Shown here one piece after another: positions 38,121 to 51,464 of a DNA stretch of 64,000 bases (positions are counted from its first letter, which is position 1; each line of letters opens with the position of its first letter). The DNA is taken from assembly GCF_001194135.2 (NCBI RefSeq), contig NC_068996.1:22510850-22574849 (forward strand), read 5' to 3'. The position numbers and the translations under genes were made by a program. Under the pieces are notes generated by a model. That model was given only the letters and a program-made list of their open reading frames with translations. It was not told the origin of the DNA and searched no databases. The DNA comes from Octopus bimaculoides (taxonomy: Eukaryota).

Positions 38121-38822
38121 CAGGGGTTGGACAAAATAATGGAAACACCTTAAAATTTCAAACAAATTTATTTTAATATGGGGTAGGACTGCCTTTGACA
38201 GTAATTACAGCTTGAATTCTATGAGGTATGGACTTGTACAAAGTTTGAATTGTTTCCAAAGGAATTTTTGTCCATTCTTCAGCTAAAACAGTCTCCAGTT
38301 CTAGCAGTGATGATGGTGGAGGATATCGACTCCTAACTTGTTTTTCTAAAATGCAGCATAAATGTTCAATAATATTGAGATCTGGGCACTGTGGTGGCCA
38401 GATGAGATGTTCAACTAGAATGTTCTTCGTGCCATTCAGTAACAACTTTAGCTGTGTGAATTGGTGCATTATCATCCTAAAAGATTGCATTTCCCTCTGG
38501 AAACAGTTCTGTAACCACAGGATGAATTTGATTAGATAAAATGCTTAAATAGTCTTGACTATTAATTCTGCCATGAAGGGAATCCATTGGGCCGGCAGAT
38601 TTCCAAGACATAGCCCACCAGATCATCACAGATCCTCCTCCATGTTTAACAGTTGGAAGAAGGCAGTCTGGTTCAAATGCCTCTTTGGCTGTCTCCACAC
38701 GTATACTCAGCTGGTGGTCGAAAATAAGGTAAAGGATGACTCGTCCGAGAAAATAACATTCTTCCACTGTTCTAGGGACCAGTTCTGTAGGTTTTTACTC
38801 CACTCTAAACACTTTGCAACAT
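38121..38822 (-). mobile_element. Tc1-like (DD34E) transposon, 3' part; remainder in gap 38823-39580
   Basis: TA-CAGGGGTTGGACAAAATAATGGAAACACC TIR; minus strand WKNVIFSDES, TVKHGGGSVMIW, QDDNAPIHTA, WPPQCPDLNIIEHL. Confidence 0.93.
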
Positions 38823-40780
38823 NNNNNNNNNNNNNNNNNNNNNNNNNNNNNNNNNNNNNNNNNNNNNNNNNNNNNNNNNNNNNNNNNNNNNNNNNNNNNN
38901 NNNNNNNNNNNNNNNNNNNNNNNNNNNNNNNNNNNNNNNNNNNNNNNNNNNNNNNNNNNNNNNNNNNNNNNNNNNNNNNNNNNNNNNNNNNNNNNNNNNN
39001 NNNNNNNNNNNNNNNNNNNNNNNNNNNNNNNNNNNNNNNNNNNNNNNNNNNNNNNNNNNNNNNNNNNNNNNNNNNNNNNNNNNNNNNNNNNNNNNNNNNN
39101 NNNNNNNNNNNNNNNNNNNNNNNNNNNNNNNNNNNNNNNNNNNNNNNNNNNNNNNNNNNNNNNNNNNNNNNNNNNNNNNNNNNNNNNNNNNNNNNNNNNN
39201 NNNNNNNNNNNNNNNNNNNNNNNNNNNNNNNNNNNNNNNNNNNNNNNNNNNNNNNNNNNNNNNNNNNNNNNNNNNNNNNNNNNNNNNNNNNNNNNNNNNN
39301 NNNNNNNNNNNNNNNNNNNNNNNNNNNNNNNNNNNNNNNNNNNNNNNNNNNNNNNNNNNNNNNNNNNNNNNNNNNNNNNNNNNNNNNNNNNNNNNNNNNN
39401 NNNNNNNNNNNNNNNNNNNNNNNNNNNNNNNNNNNNNNNNNNNNNNNNNNNNNNNNNNNNNNNNNNNNNNNNNNNNNNNNNNNNNNNNNNNNNNNNNNNN
39501 NNNNNNNNNNNNNNNNNNNNNNNNNNNNNNNNNNNNNNNNNNNNNNNNNNNNNNNNNNNNNNNNNNNNNNNNNNNNNNNNTTTTTTTGAAATTTTAAATT
39601 CATCATTTCTATTGCTGTATAGATGCTAGGTTTCTTTCAAGTGACTTTGAATGAGGACATGTATGCAGTATCCTCCAAAACTGTGCAGAATAATATTTGC
39701 TGCTTTCTTATATATATTTAATAAAAATATCTGTATTTTCATTGAGGTATAAAACTGAAACTGAAATATCCTATCACTACCAGATAAACTATCAAACAAG
39801 TGTCTGTTACCTCTATTTTGAATAGGTAATGATTAGCATAAATGTTTCAATAGTATATTTTCCACTAATGTCCCTACAATGGTGACCTTGAACAATAGAG
39901 TAGATAAATTTAGTAAAATTTATGCTATTGATTTACTGAGGATTTATAATTGATAGAATTTATTATTTGGAAAGGGAACAGTAAACTGTTGTCTGCTGGT
40001 TCTTCGAACAGGGATAAAAATGAGATTGAATGAATTGAAATAGTATGAAACAACAATATGTTTCAAGTTATGCTGAAATTTTAGCAAATCAGGTTCTAAG
40101 TTGTAGTAACCATCATTGTAATTCTCTAGAAAATATTTAACAATGAACTAAAACATAGAGGATAAAAGAAAGTTGGATAATCATTATGGTGGGTTTCTTT
40201 GGGAAAGGTGAAGAAAAGAGCCTAAGGCAAAGTTCATAATTCTTGTAAGGCAGCTTCTTGCACTGTTGATTCTGATTCTATTGAAATTGCTAATGTTATT
40301 CACTTAAAATTCTTTTGGAAAGTTTATATTAAAGAATTATTATTATTATATTTTGATAGTAATATTCAAATGTCTTAAATAATTCTTACTGCTTATTTAT
40401 TGCAATTCTTGGAAGTTTTATATTAGATTTTGTTTAAGGATTTTAAGATAGCTAATGTTTCTTCTTTTTTCTTTAATTGCGTAAGTTATATTTTGTCCAG
40501 TTCAAAATTACTTAAAGGTATTTCTGATTTGTTTTTATGCTGAGAGAAATCTCGTACATAAAACATTGATTTGTAAATATACATAAGATCACCAGCAAAA
40601 GATGTTTTTGTAAACTGAACTTATTGTAAATCTCAATTCTGCATAATTGCAGTCTTTTCTATGAGCATCAATAATTTTTAATTTGTATGACCTTTTCAAT
40701 GATAAACTACTCCACATTTACTCTCCCCATCTCTCTCCTGAATACATATAAAATATTATCTCTTTACTTTCTTCTTCTAG

Positions 40781-40948
40781 CTCAATCTCTCCACAATGCA
40801 ACAAATTTATTTACAGCCAACTAGCACCTCAAGCTATTACTGTGAAACAATTTATAGTCCTGAGTTGGTTCCAATCATCACTAAACCTGGCAACCTCTCC
40901 TTACCCTCTTTATTGCAAATGGTACCCCAAAATGTAAAAGCATGCTAA
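40781..40948 (+). CDS. Candidate alternative (cassette or terminal) exon of the ZDHHC gene
   Basis: Strong acceptor tctctttactttcttcttctAG| in phase 0, followed by 55 open codons (LNLSTMQQIYLQPTSTSSYYCETIYSPELVPIITKPGNLSLPSLLQMVPQNVKAC*). Phase-0 GT donors are possible at 40922 and 40934. No homology support. Confidence 0.35.
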   Translation, partial: LNLSTMQQIYLQPTSTSSYYCETIYSPELVPIITKPGNLSLPSLLQMVPQNVKAC

Positions 40949-41096
40949 ACTAATTTACAATCTTTTGCAAATTTTGCATATTTTCCCAATTCTTTTGTAA
41001 AAGAGAAAATAATACTTTTCTCCTTTACTCACTCAGAAACTGTAGATAAAATGCTTATAAATGGTTTTAACTGTTTAAATTTTGCTCTTGTTTCAG

Positions 41097-41909
41097 CAAG
41101 CCAGTCTATCTTTAGATGAAGAAACTGAAAGGCAAAGTCAGTCAATGGATTGTGAACCAAGTCCACCAAAGCAATCTGGGTCCTACAGCAATCTCTTTGA
41201 TCCTACTAATCCAACATCAGTAGGGGCAGCTATGCAAGCTAATCAAGGAAATCATATTGGTAGAATATCACCCAGGATACCACCACGTAATTTGTATACA
41301 CAGTCCCCTCAAAGAACACGTTCAGCTGACAAAAAAGCTCCAGTTGCCACACCTGAAGTGGTTTCCCCCATCAGTTCTCCTACAGTAAAATCACAATCTA
41401 GTTCTCCAAGTCCTACTAAATACAACTATGCTAAACCTCCTATAGGTTATCACACACCTCGCTCAAATGGATTCACATCCCTTACACCTGGGCCACAAAT
41501 GACAATGCCATCAACAGGATCTTCACATCCCCCATACATGGGGTCAAGTGTAAATAGAGGTTTTAGTAGGACAGGAAGTCCAGTTATATATACACTGGAT
41601 AAAAGTAAACCTCAGCATTGCCAATATTCTACAGGAGTTGGACAACCACCATATGAACATGGTAACAATGTTAATTATTCTTCTCCATCTCACAGATATA
41701 TGCCTGTGGAATATTCTTCAGTGACATATGACCCTGATAAGGTAAGAGTGCCTCGTCGACCTATGTCATTTGTACGAGCTTTGGAAGTGAGTGAGGCTGT
41801 AGAACAGAAAGAAAAGCAGCATGCTACTCCATCCAAAAGATCAGAGGCTTATCAAGAGGAAGAAAAACCACGTAACATGTATGATTCAACTTATGAAATT
41901 TCAGTTTGA
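41097..41909 (+). CDS. ZDHHC8: Terminal coding exon of ZDHHC5/8: Ser/Pro-rich disordered tail ending in PDZ ligand YEISV*
   Basis: Acceptor ttgctcttgtttcAG|CAA in phase 0; 270 open codons ending NMYDSTYEISV-TGA, the TYEISV end characteristic of ZDHHC5 and ZDHHC8. Confidence 0.96.
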   Translation, partial: QASLSLDEETERQSQSMDCEPSPPKQSGSYSNLFDPTNPTSVGAAMQANQGNHIGRISPRIPPRNLYTQSPQRTRSADKKAPVATPEVVSPISSPTVKSQSSSPSPTKYNYAKPPIGYHTPRSNGFTSLTPGPQMTMPSTGSSHPPYMGSSVNRGFSRTGSPVIYTLDKSKPQHCQYSTGVGQPPYEHGNNVNYSSPSHRYMPVEYSSVTYDPDKVRVPRRPMSFVRALEVSEAVEQKEKQHATPSKRSEAYQEEEKPRNMYDSTYEISV

Positions 41910-44900
41910 TAATTTCTTGCAGCTTTGATTATTATCATTTTTTTTTTTTTTAACTGGAAAAAAACAAAACAAAAAACAACATGATTTGTGTACACATTTG
42001 GTGGCTAATGTGTTGTAATATGGATTATAGAATGTTTGAATTTGCAGCTGAAAGTAATTGTGTAAAAAAACTGAAGAGAAGAAAAATCTCAAGCAGATCA
42101 GTGACTACTGTTTTCTGCAGCCATTCTTTTACTACTACTACTATAGAAATTATTATTATTAACTGGTATATGTATCTAATTCTATTATTTTGTAACTAAA
42201 GAAAGTGAGATATAAAATCTCCCATAAGATGTACTACAATGACATATTATTTTAGTGAAAGGGTTTTTTTAAATAAGAAACGCATTTTTTTAAATAAGAA
42301 ATATAGGGTAAATGAAACGATTGATATATTCACTTATAAGTATAATTCTAATGATGTTTAAGACTACTTTGAACAAATTGCATAAACTAAATTTGTACTG
42401 CCATTTTAGTGTCAGCAAATTTTTGCTATTTTTTTATCTCATTGTATAGTTTCTCTTTAAATAATAGCAGTAGGATGAATTAATATTTTTATTTATATTT
42501 TTAATTTCCTCCTTCTTCAAAGCACAAATAATATTAACTAAATTCAAAATTATTGCTTATTTATTAATTTAGGTTGATTGAATTATTACAATGAGATATT
42601 TAGACAACAAAAAATTTCAATTATTATACACAACTATTCATTGCAAACAGTTGCATTCTAACTTCCTTTTGTGTACTGCGCTGACGGGTAGTCTTCTAAA
42701 GCAATCCATACACAATAATTTAAGTAATGTTTAACATTACAATTTCTCATTAATGTCTTATGGTTATAATATGCATATATTACATTTCACTTGTTAGAAT
42801 TGTCTGATGTATGCTAAAGATATAAAGGGAGCTAATGCCTTGACTTATGCTTATAATTCAATACTTATCAATCATTTATAACATATTAAACTTTGTATCA
42901 ATCTTCTGAAATGTGATTACAGCAATAGAACATTGAATCTTACTAGTATATATACATGAAGCTTGCTTGTTTGGTTGATAAATTAGAAATTGAAGAATTG
43001 ATATATTTCAAATCATAGTGATGTTATTTAGCTTCACTTTTTGATTTTTTTTTTTTTCTAAGGATAATTGTGTGACTGATTTTATAAAGAAAACATGCAC
43101 ATTGATGTATCATCATATTCAGATATTCAAATTAATGCTTGTTGTTAAATTTAAGCATTTTGTGAAGTATATTTTGACGTATGGGTGTGATTGTATATAT
43201 GCTGTTTTGTCAATGGAATTCCATAACCACTATAAAAACAAATATAAGATTCTTTCCTATAATTGCTGTATTTCCCCTTTTAAAACACTTTCCTTGCAGT
43301 AAAACTGTTAACATTTCTGAAATCTATTTGAATCAGAGGATTCTTCAGTTTCTTTTTTACAGTTGGCATTATGGCTTAAATGTCAATGTAGCAATGGTCT
43401 TTCACAAGCTTAAAACTTGGTAGGGGGGAGCACAAAAGTGAACCCAGGGAATATGGCTGTTTTGATTTTTTTAAATTTTATTTTTATTTTTAGTATCAGT
43501 GTTTTGAACAGACCTTGCAGTATGTAGCCAAACATATGTCCATAAAGTTCCAAGACCGACTGTATTAAATACTTAACATTTGACTGTATATGAATATACT
43601 TTTGAAAACTTCCATGATAGGGCAAAATAAATTTGCCTTTTCTCATATAAGTGACATAAAACCTTTAGTATTTTTGGCTATATGACTGGAACTTTATAAC
43701 TGAAACTTGTACATATGGTAAATTGGTTGGTATTGCACAGGAGAGACAGATGTAAAAAATTCAGTTGTGGGTTATTATTTAACAAAACCAATTCATGTAT
43801 GCATTAACTCTGATGACAGTATGATGTTATTTGTATGTGAGAAATGTGTGTCCAATTATTTTTAGGTCACTTTTAACAGTGGATCTCCTAATTCCCCCTC
43901 CCCTTTTTTTTCTGAAGTATTTCATAAAATTTGCCAATTGTTTACATAAAATGATAATGTATAATCATACTGCCTCCTGCCTATACTAAATTTTCTTTAA
44001 ATTATGATGAAATATTCCTTTATTATTGTAATTTATTTTGTACGCATTTAGCAAATACCTAGATGATATTGAGCATTAATTTTCAAATAATTCTTAATCA
44101 AAACTATTGTTTTCAAATATTGAGATAATACTTTTTTTTTTTTTCATTTTTGAATTGGACATCATTTTCATATTATTTAACTGAATGTTAATTTTTTTTA
44201 AGCATTCAGTTTTAATAATTGTATCAAACTTCAAAACATTTAGATATAGCTATTCTGTTCTTTAAATGTATGCATTGATTTTTATATAAAAAGGGAGAGA
44301 CTAAAAACTGCTTGTTTTTANNNNNNNNNNNNNNNNNNNNNNNNNNNNNNNNNNNNNNNNNNNNNNNNNNNNNNNNNNNNNNNNNNNNNNNNNNNNNNNN
44401 NNNNNNNNNNNNNNNNTTTTTTTTTTTTTTTTTTTTTTTCTAAAAAAAAAAAAAGGAAATTCAACAACTTTCCATTCTATATTTTCTGAATTCCTAATGC
44501 TGTTGAATTTTTTTTTCATCTTTTTTTTTATACCTTTTAACAACCTGTTTTCTTATTGAAAATTAAAAGTTAAATTTGAAACCAATTTACTTTCTGTTTA
44601 AAATTTTGTTATTCTCCAAAATCATTTTCCAATTTTCATCTTTTTTTTTTTTTTTAAATATATTATATTTCAGTTACCTTATGTAAGTATTTGTTATTAA
44701 CTTGTCGGATTATCTTGTGGGTACACAAATCATTCATTTATTCAATGGCTAGTTAGCTTTAGGCTGTTGATGTATATTAAATATATCTACATACAAGACT
44801 CATTATTCTATGCTTTTGTTACTCTTCATCATCAAAGCTTACTGATCTCATATAATATGTATTTCCATCATATCACAGTATCTTGATTGGCAATTAACAC

Positions 44901-47400
44901 ATTTGGTAAACTTGGTTAATAAATTTACTTTGTTTCATTTAGTTTTTGTTAACTTACTTAACCTAGACAATTAGTAGTATTTTCTATATATAATATTCAT
45001 TCATATTCTTTTTCAACTGTAGGCATATTTGTTAAAGCAAAGTATTTTTTCTATCAAATTTTCATTCTGTAAAGCAAAAGTACTCAGCTATTTATTGGGC
45101 TTGTGATGATCATAAAATTCCATTCCATCTACAATTATTAAATGTTATTTAATTATTTTTTTAAGTTCCATATCAACTTTACACATTTATCTTATAAAAT
45201 GTTTAATTTACCATAAGTTTAAGCTTTCAAAAATAAAACAAATGACGAAAAAAAAAAAAAAATGAAATTTTTCTTAACATATTAAATCCAAAATGTGAAT
45301 TCTTGCCCTGTGAACACATTTTTGTTTGTGAATGAATGTCTTAACTGCTGTGTATAATCTGATGTCTACACTCTGTATGCATATACCAAAAATCCAACTG
45401 CCATTGACATTTAGATGATTCATGTAATGAAATAATTTAAATATCATTAAAAAAAAGTATATTCATTTAAAATATTTTGATTCATACTTTGGAAATTATT
45501 TTAAAGGCTCATCAATTATACAATGATCACCTGTTGAAAATAACTGATTCAAAATATTGAAATGAATAGGTAACAAATACATTTGCATTTGTTGGGAGAA
45601 AAATATTAGTAAACTCACTTTTCATTTGGCATATTTCTTTTTGCTTATGTAGCACTTTCAGAAGTTATTTTATTTCTCTTAACTTTATCAATTTAGCAAA
45701 TTATGCCAATGCCCAGTTTGTTAAATATGATTTATAATGAGTACATTCATTATGCACTCATTAATTTAATTTAAAAATACTCTTATTTCCTGTTCCCTAG
45801 TATTATGTAATATATTTTCTAAAAAATACTTTTCTGTTTCCTATCACAAGTATAAACTTATTTTTTAAGCTTCTAAATTTAATATTTTTATAAAAAATAT
45901 TCTGGCTAGATATCAATAATGTGAGTATGTATTGACTCTAATTTTTCAAAATTAATCTATAGAACTCTACAATATGTATAAACTTATTTATCTCCCCTTG
46001 GAATTTGGTATGCGAGTTAAATTTTCTTTAAAAATAATATTCATCATATGCTATTCATACTACTGATACTTTGCTCATTTAAAAATGCTTTCCTTAGATT
46101 TACATACTCCTCAGTTTCCTTTAATATAGAGCAACAAGCTTCAACTACTTTGTTTTTATGGCTCTATATTGAATATATTTAATAATTGTACTAGGTAATG
46201 GTTTTGTTGGACAGCCCTCACTCCCTCATTCAGAATTATTATTGTTATCATTGTTCTTTTTTTTATGTACTTTTTCTCCTTTAATCAAGGGGAAACTTTG
46301 AGCCCGAAAAATTTTGTCCCATAAATGAATGTGCATCATGTTTTCACTAAAGACTATTCTTGAAGTATTACAACTTCAAATAAAATTGGTAAAAAGTAGC
46401 CTTCCTCATTTATCTATAAAAAAGAAAATAAAATTGAAATTTGCTAGACATTATTGAAGAAAAATAAAAAAAATATATTTACATGATTTTCTTCTTCCTT
46501 TTTTTCTCTCTCTTTCTTTTATTGATTTTTAAGAATTGACACAAGTATTCGTGATTTCTATTTCGTTACTGTAGGCTTTATATCTGGGAATTGTTTATTC
46601 TATTATTAGATAATATTAGGTTATGGTGGAAAGAAAACTTAGGATATGCAAAAAATAAAATTATTAGTTTTCAGTAATGAATAAAATAGCTCAAATACAG
46701 ATCTAATTAAAATTAATAAATTTTGACAACTGTTTAACATGAAAAAAAAAATGTTGAATTTTTTCCCCTCAGAGTAATGATTCTAAGAAGTTTTTCATAA
46801 AATAACTATTATACATTCCAAAATACAAGTGATTTTGTGAAATTGTAAAAAATAATCCAATTCAAAAACAAAAATTACCATTCCAAGTTGCATAACAATG
46901 AACATACTTTTTTTTAATAAACAAATTCATAATGTCTTATAAAATGAAAAACATTCATTTTACCATGTCCAATTCTTAATACTTATCTACCAGATTGTAT
47001 GAAATGTTGGTAGATGGTATACATTGCATCCCTCCAGGTGGTTTTCTTTTTATTTGTTTGTTTTTATTATGCTTTTTTTTATAATGCTTGTGAGTTTTTT
47101 TTATATATACATTCTGTAAGAAAGAAGAATTCTATTCTTTGTGAACAATGGAGAAATATTTTGACACACCTTAAAAGCTAGATGTGGATCATGTATTTAA
47201 GTGACATGTAAAGTTTAATAGTCTGCATCAAATGGGCATAGAGAGTCTAAGAATAAAATAATTTCCAGTTAATCCTAAATAGGTTAGGACAGAAATGTTA
47301 AAAAATATTTGAAGAAAGAAATAATAGAAAGATTTTCAAAAGTGAACTACAAACAGTAGTATGTCTAACCATTTACTATTGGGTTGAAGTTAGATTTTTC
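41910..47400 (+). other. Probable long AT-rich 3' UTR / 3' flank of the ZDHHC gene (end undetermined)
   Basis: About 5.5 kb after the stop codon with no recognisable SINE/LINE/transposon; several AATAAA hexamers (e.g. near 43625, 45230, 46380, 46680, 46915). Confidence 0.4.
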
Positions 47401-47424
47401 TCTTTTAATGAATTTAGGAAAATT

Positions 47425-47905
47425 AAGTCCTAGCAAATTCGCAAAATTGTTTGAGCATTAAACAATATGCCTTGCAGTATTTCTTCCATCACTTTATATT
47501 CTGAATTCAAATCCTGCCAAAATCAGCTTTTCCTTTCATCCTTTCAGGGTTGATTAAAATAAAGTTGTAGTCCAAATACTGAGAGTGACATATTTGACTA
47601 ACATCCCTCCCCTCAAAATTATTGCCCTTGTGCCTAAATTAAAAATAATGATAATAATAATAATTATTATTATTGTAATAGAGAGGCTTGAACAAATAGA
47701 TGCCTTGCAGTATTTAGTCCTTTCACACTCTGAGTTCAAATCTTGCCAGGATGTGTGACACTTTCCTATTAGGTCAAACAATCTCCTGGTGAAAATATAT
47801 GGCAGTGGCAGGGCTGAAACAATGCAATTTCTTGTATTTAAGACATACTTAATTCAGATTCCATTTGAATTAACATTGCCTTTCATTCTTCTAACAGTGG
47901 GCTTG
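47425..47905 (+). mobile_element. Two adjacent old SINE-like family C copies
   Basis: ccttgcagtattt..ttctga(a/g)ttcaaatc repeated near 47470 and 47703, with gcctttcat.. and cccctcaaaattattgcccttgtgcctaa. Confidence 0.6.
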
Positions 47906-48269
47906 CTAAAACCAGTATATACTAAAGATGATTTAATGCACCTTTAGTATATACATTAATTTAAGACTATTTAATTTATTTTCCTCCAAAATTTGTGGTT
48001 TTGTGCTACAATTAGTTACTTTTTGTTTGAAGATTACACAGAAATAGTAGCATGTCAGACTAAATACCTCTTTGTATTTACTTTCATCATCATCTCCATT
48101 TTTTTTTCAAATCCCACTAGTTTTGACTTTGTCTTTCATTCCTACAGGGTCAATAACATTATTACATTATTTACTGGAATGAATTCCATCTGACTTTACT
48201 TTCTTCACTGCAAAAAATTGGCTCTGTGCATAGTCAAAAGAAATTATCATCAGCATGAATATTATTATT

Positions 48270-48465
48270 AGGGTAGTGAATTAGCAGAATTATTTGAGCA
48301 TCAGCTAAAATACCTTGTAGTATTTGTTCTGAGTTGAAATTCTACTGAAGTCAATTTTGCCTTTCATTCTTCTGGGGGTTGCTAAAGTACTAGGTTGATT
48401 TTTATCAACTAACACTTGCCCTCAAATTTGTGGTCTTGTGCCTAAGTTAAAAAGAATTATTGATA
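48270..48465 (+). mobile_element. Old SINE-like family C copy
   Basis: ggtagtgaattagcagaatt..gttctgagttgaaattc..ttttgcctttcattc..gcccctcaaatttgtggtcttgtgcctaag. Confidence 0.6.
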
Positions 48466-49429
48466 TTAATATCATATGGTAGTGCAGCAATAAATCTATG
48501 ATAAAATTTCAACTTCCAGCTTGAACATTTTTATTTTAATTGATAAGCATGAGGAATTTCCACTTTTCTTTAAACCTAAGGTATGATATTTATTAAAAAA
48601 GAATTTTTTTAATCATCACAACTAAAGGCTTTATATCTACATCATGCATTTCTTTCTTTCTTTTCATTTTTTTGTTTTTGTTTTTGTTTCCACCTGCCAT
48701 TTTTGGAATAGAAAGATAGATAACAAATGAGGATTGTATACAGTTGTCACAACAGTTGGAAGAATGCCTTCTACGTTATTCTATAGAGATTTAGGTTTAA
48801 GTCTTCTGATTGTCAGACATTGTAATGTGTGTTAATTAAACGCGTTCAGGCTTGACTGAAAATGTATATACAATGCTTTGCTTATTTTCTGACCCATGTT
48901 AGGCCAATGGAACTAAACTGCATTATTACTTCTATGGAGAAATATAAGTTCACACATACATAAAATACATGAATACATGCATGTATACACAGATACATGT
49001 ATCTGTTAGCTGCTACACTACAAATATTTAAAATTATCAACTGCACTAGTCTTGCCTAGTCATAACTGTTTTGCTCCATTTGACCTGTCATGAACTAGAG
49101 ACACTGCCCTTCTCTCTTCTAATTTACATACACACACATATACATGCACATGCACCCATGCAGAGACACACAAAGCAGCAAGTCATTATTTATTTGCAAT
49201 GTACTTACAATCTTCTTTGCTGTTGGCAGGAAAGTTAGTTGCACACACATCTGTAGACACGTACCCTTCTTGGCACCATGCACTGGTTTAATTAGAAATG
49301 TCAATTGAATTGTAATTTTCATTACATTAACCTTGACAACTCTTTCTGTTTACTGTGAAGAAGAGTAACTGGATGATTACCTTTTTTTTTTTTAAATATA
49401 TAAACAATAGAAATCTTAAAAATATGAAT

Positions 49430-50200
49430 ATATTATTTTTCAACATACTTGGTCAATTTTTGTGCAAGCTTCTTTATGCCAACTGAAAAAAATTGTTTTC
49501 AGCTGAATAGATGAACCACATAGGTCCTGCTTCCTCCACTTTTTGGTCCATAGCATATCAATAGCCTTCATACTGTCTTTGAGTGGAACAAATAGATGAT
49601 AGCTTATAGGAGCAAGTTCAGAAGGATGTTCCAAGACCTCCAATTTCAGCTTCTGTTGGCTTTCAACACTGAGCATCAATATGAGGATAGGCATTGTCGT
49701 GCAACAGCACAACACTTTTGACAGTTGTCTTTGGTGTTTGCTTCAAAAATACTGACTGTAACTTATCATGCAACAGCTTATACACTGCTTACTGTTAACT
49801 TCCCCCACCAAAAAAAGAAAAAAAAGTCTGCATCACTTGTTCTACTGTTGGTTGCATTCTAAACTGATGGGTGACTGTTAATGTTTCCATTCTATATTCC
49901 AGTATTTATTCTCCAACTTGCAGTAGTGTCATCCATTGACACTACTGACCAGTGACATTTTCCCAGGAAGGTTTCATTTTTGTTGCTACAGTGATCAAAA
50001 AGTTTTTGACAGATTTCAAAATAATTTTATGCCTGAAATTCTATTGCAGATGGTTGCATAGGAGAACCATAATTGGTATGCATACTATTTACCAATTTAT
50101 CAGTAGTGATATATCTGTTTAATAGAACCAAGCACAGACTTGTTTAATGTTATCATCAGCACAGAACCTAGGCGAGTATTTTGCTCTTTCTTGGTCTGGG
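49430..50200 (-). mobile_element. Highly degenerate mariner transposase remnant
   Basis: KLEVLEHPSELAPISYHLFVPLKDSM resembles mariner HPPYSPDLAPSDYHLFGPLK. Confidence 0.6.
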
Positions 50201-50629
50201 ACATGTGTGACCATTCTTAAAATTTGCAGTTCATCTGTGATGTGTCTATAGCAGCAGAAAATTACTCAGTGTTGTGCTGAGAACCTTGGACTGATTTTGA
50301 CTACCCCACCCGTTAAAAAAAAAAAATCAGCCACCATAATACAAATCAATGAATGCTGCTCTTCTTTAGAGCCAACAGAAAGCAGCCATGATTAAAAACA
50401 ATGACATCTTAATTCATATTTCAATTTCAGACTTGCACTGTAGTAACACGGGGAAAAAGTGCATCTAGTAATGTGCACATAACTCATCTTCCTGTCAATA
50501 AAGGAAATGTAAGTGCATTGCAAATGATTAATGATTCTTGTACATATATAAATAAACGTGTGTGTGTATGTGTATAAATATATATATATTTATGATGTAT
50601 ATATATAAATATATTTTATATATATGATG

Positions 50630-50664
<35 letters not shown>

Positions 50665-51419
50665 CATATGTTTATATATATATATATTATACATATGTTT
50701 ATATATATATGTATATATTTGATACATATTTATTATATATATGTATATATTTTATATATGTGTGGTGTGTGTATTTGATATGTATATTTGCATACATATT
50801 TATATAACAATAATTCTGCTTGTTTGTTCACACACATTATGCTTTAGTTTTTAGAGAGAGGAGGTAAATGAGGGAGAGGGAGTGAGATAGCAGATAGTCA
50901 CTTCCACTAACCATCATGCCATGGTTAGCGGAAGTGAGAGAAAGAGAGAAAAACAAGGAGGTTAAAAAGTTTGTTGAAGTAAGAGAGATAGGGAGAAATA
51001 TAAAGTGTTTAGCAAAGGGAAATTTTGAAATCTTATAATATATTATTGGGACTGGAAGTGAAATAACTTAGCAAAATAGTTGTGGATGTTATTTTTGATT
51101 TTCAATGGAATTGAAAACATTGTGTATATTCTCTATATTGTTTTGTGTACATTAATTGTATATAATGTAATTATATAATGCAAAATATTGTATAAGGAGT
51201 ATGCAATTATATACTGATCTTTCAGTTTCAATAGAATTAAATATTAATGAATGATACATGTATTAAGTATTGTATAGATTGTTATTGTATATTTTTGTAT
51301 CATTTATTGCACAGGCAACAATAAGAGTTATATGCAATAAAAATGCAAATCATCCTTTCTTTCTTAAATAGCTCCTCTTAATTCTTTTTGTTTCATGAAA
51401 TTTCCACAGGTCCCACTAG

Positions 51420-51457
<38 letters not shown>

Positions 51458-51464
51458 CATTCAA

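Noticed and set aside
44417-44455. Poly(T) followed by poly(A), forming a hairpin or retro-insertion scar
   Set aside because: Abuts an N-gap; homopolymer lengths at contig ends are unreliable.
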